A stretch of 40,338 bases of DNA from Nitrospirota bacterium. GTDB taxonomy: Bacteria > Nitrospirota > UBA9217. Where the stretch lies: the NCBI GenBank assembly GCA_963741205.1, contig CAVUHW010000048.1:1-40338 (forward strand). The letters run 5' to 3'. The notes under the pieces are model-generated. The model was not told the DNA's origin and searched no databases. It worked only from the letters and a program-made list of their open reading frames with translations. The position numbers were made by a program, and so were the translations under genes. Of this stretch, positions 40,001-40,338 are shown piece by piece (positions within the stretch are counted from its first letter, which is position 1; each line of letters opens with the position of its first letter).

Positions 40001-40338
40001 TATAATCTCGGTGTGGCATACCGGGAAATGGGGCTCCTGGACGATGCCATCGCAGAATTTATCCTGACGCCCGAGAACGAGACGAAGTACGTTCAGAGCC
40101 GGTACATGCTCGGCCTCTGCTACATGGGGAAGGCAGACTACCAGAACGCAACCCGCGAGATTCAGAACGCCCTTGGTTACGCCGGGACTGCCGGAGAAGG
40201 AGGACAGAACCTTATCGACATGCACTACGATCTCGGGCTTGCCTATCAAGGGGCGGGAAACATCTCCGGCGCCGTGAGAGAATTTCAAAAAGTCCAGGGC
40301 ATGGACCCGCATTATCGGGATATCTCGGATAAGCTGAA
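37049..40338 (+). CDS. Large TPR-repeat protein with an acidic Pro/Glu-rich linker (SgmX/FimV-like architecture); runs off the window
   Basis: MAIDKNAIMNEARKFAAKGQYDKAIAEWKKLL..., EADVLVKYGL, EAEFYFQQGL, DADTHYNLGVAYREMGLLDDAIAEF. Start and window end are in the same frame; absent from the track presumably because no stop falls in the window. Confidence 0.8.
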   Translation, partial: MAIDKNAIMNEARKFAAKGQYDKAIAEWKKLLSETPHDANLYNTIGDLCIKKNSRAEAVDAYKRAADILAEDGFTSKAIALYKKVLNIDITRVEVHLALGDMHAEKGLTGNALANYKYAADLFNKENNIAQALGIYQKMADLNPDNVTFRIKLADMYAKQGMKAEAAKAYLSAADAHLSKEELKEARHLFEKVLTIDPDNKAVYFKAGIVYLKEGKFGEACKALKPAFENDPDNRELSDTYLEALTRAGKDADAEHVIMKILAADPGRTDLHEKLYHIYIAKSEFEKALDTASSLARGRIESNDHGGAEEILTRFVADSPRFIPGRRALAELYVSLKRGGEAAETFVQAAKLLAEEGNVESATASLNSALRIVPDFQEARDLLDQITSPPPAPAPPEPEISIEETAPPDFSAEPEPAVEEPTPTAFEMQAEKLPPVAPREEPVAEVQAARDEYDDPAIAEAMTEADVLVKYGLSTKAIEQLEGLALRFPESMQIRVKLRDLYGDQGQMRKATAHMLVMADLYHKRGMKDQAEQVLHYALEIDPSNNEISSRLGIAGPTVVPPEPAPTPFEDFSSPEDVTEQIAAAAVETAPTLEEPRPVIEPAPTDAIVIEGLDAGLPHREEEFPFPAACPPADEMPATSTHEPDTLSDSGIDATGGKPEPRVPHDDIPPSFGLDATLLDETSTDLDFSSVEEGTNSSPEETPPDQTSDMRPAMAESAPDVEETAQQVEERRDSLPIAEERVEPEAPAPELAAPSDVGEIWAEAEFYFQQGLFHEAKKHYARIIGLNPDERKAIDRLAEIAREEEDTREFSKLAEAVEELEDALPPEKLSEVEMPLSESDEEAVRSLMKEISLLKQPPEEIVPPQADEDIRASLRTAAPPQQPVSPASAQKLSDDAGPAAPDAEEDYFDLGAELAEESDASAPAKREEPSSDFFDLASELRDEFSVEAPAPRETPAEEQSLDEIFEEFKRGVEKQSIKEDADTHYNLGVAYREMGLLDDAIAEFILTPENETKYVQSRYMLGLCYMGKADYQNATREIQNALGYAGTAGEGGQNLIDMHYDLGLAYQGAGNISGAVREFQKVQGMDPHYRDISDKL

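Overview
Bacterial chromosomal window, probably from a Nitrospirota-like organism (tmRNA tag ANNELALAA and gene content; inference). It falls into two parts at a minus-strand tmRNA gene (ssrA, 20766..21120). Right of ssrA is GC-rich core genome: yggU-divIVA-yggT-proC-yggS-pgeF, a radical SAM gene, a PAS hybrid kinase, a Re-citrate-synthase-like gene with a Cache domain, rpe, a PASTA gene, rsmB, DUF116, fmt, def, and a large divergent TPR gene running off the end. Left of ssrA (downstream of its 3' end) is AT-richer accessory DNA. The 3' end of ssrA recurs at 15381 and 11134, delimiting two diverged tandem units of about 4.25 kb. Each unit carries vapB-vapC, an AEP-primase/SF2-helicase fusion and a convergent sigma-domain-2-like ORF, but no integrase. 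Unit 2 has broken cargo genes and an IS630. A third copy of the same element end (terminator plus IHF-like site) opens onto a PilZ module, a garK::vapC scar and a glycerate/2-hydroxyacid catabolic cluster (garR, Liv-type ABC transporter, larA homologue, glycerate kinase, glycerate dehydrogenase). Many single-base frameshifts in housekeeping genes suggest uncorrected long-read indels. All protein assignments come from motif recognition, not database searches.
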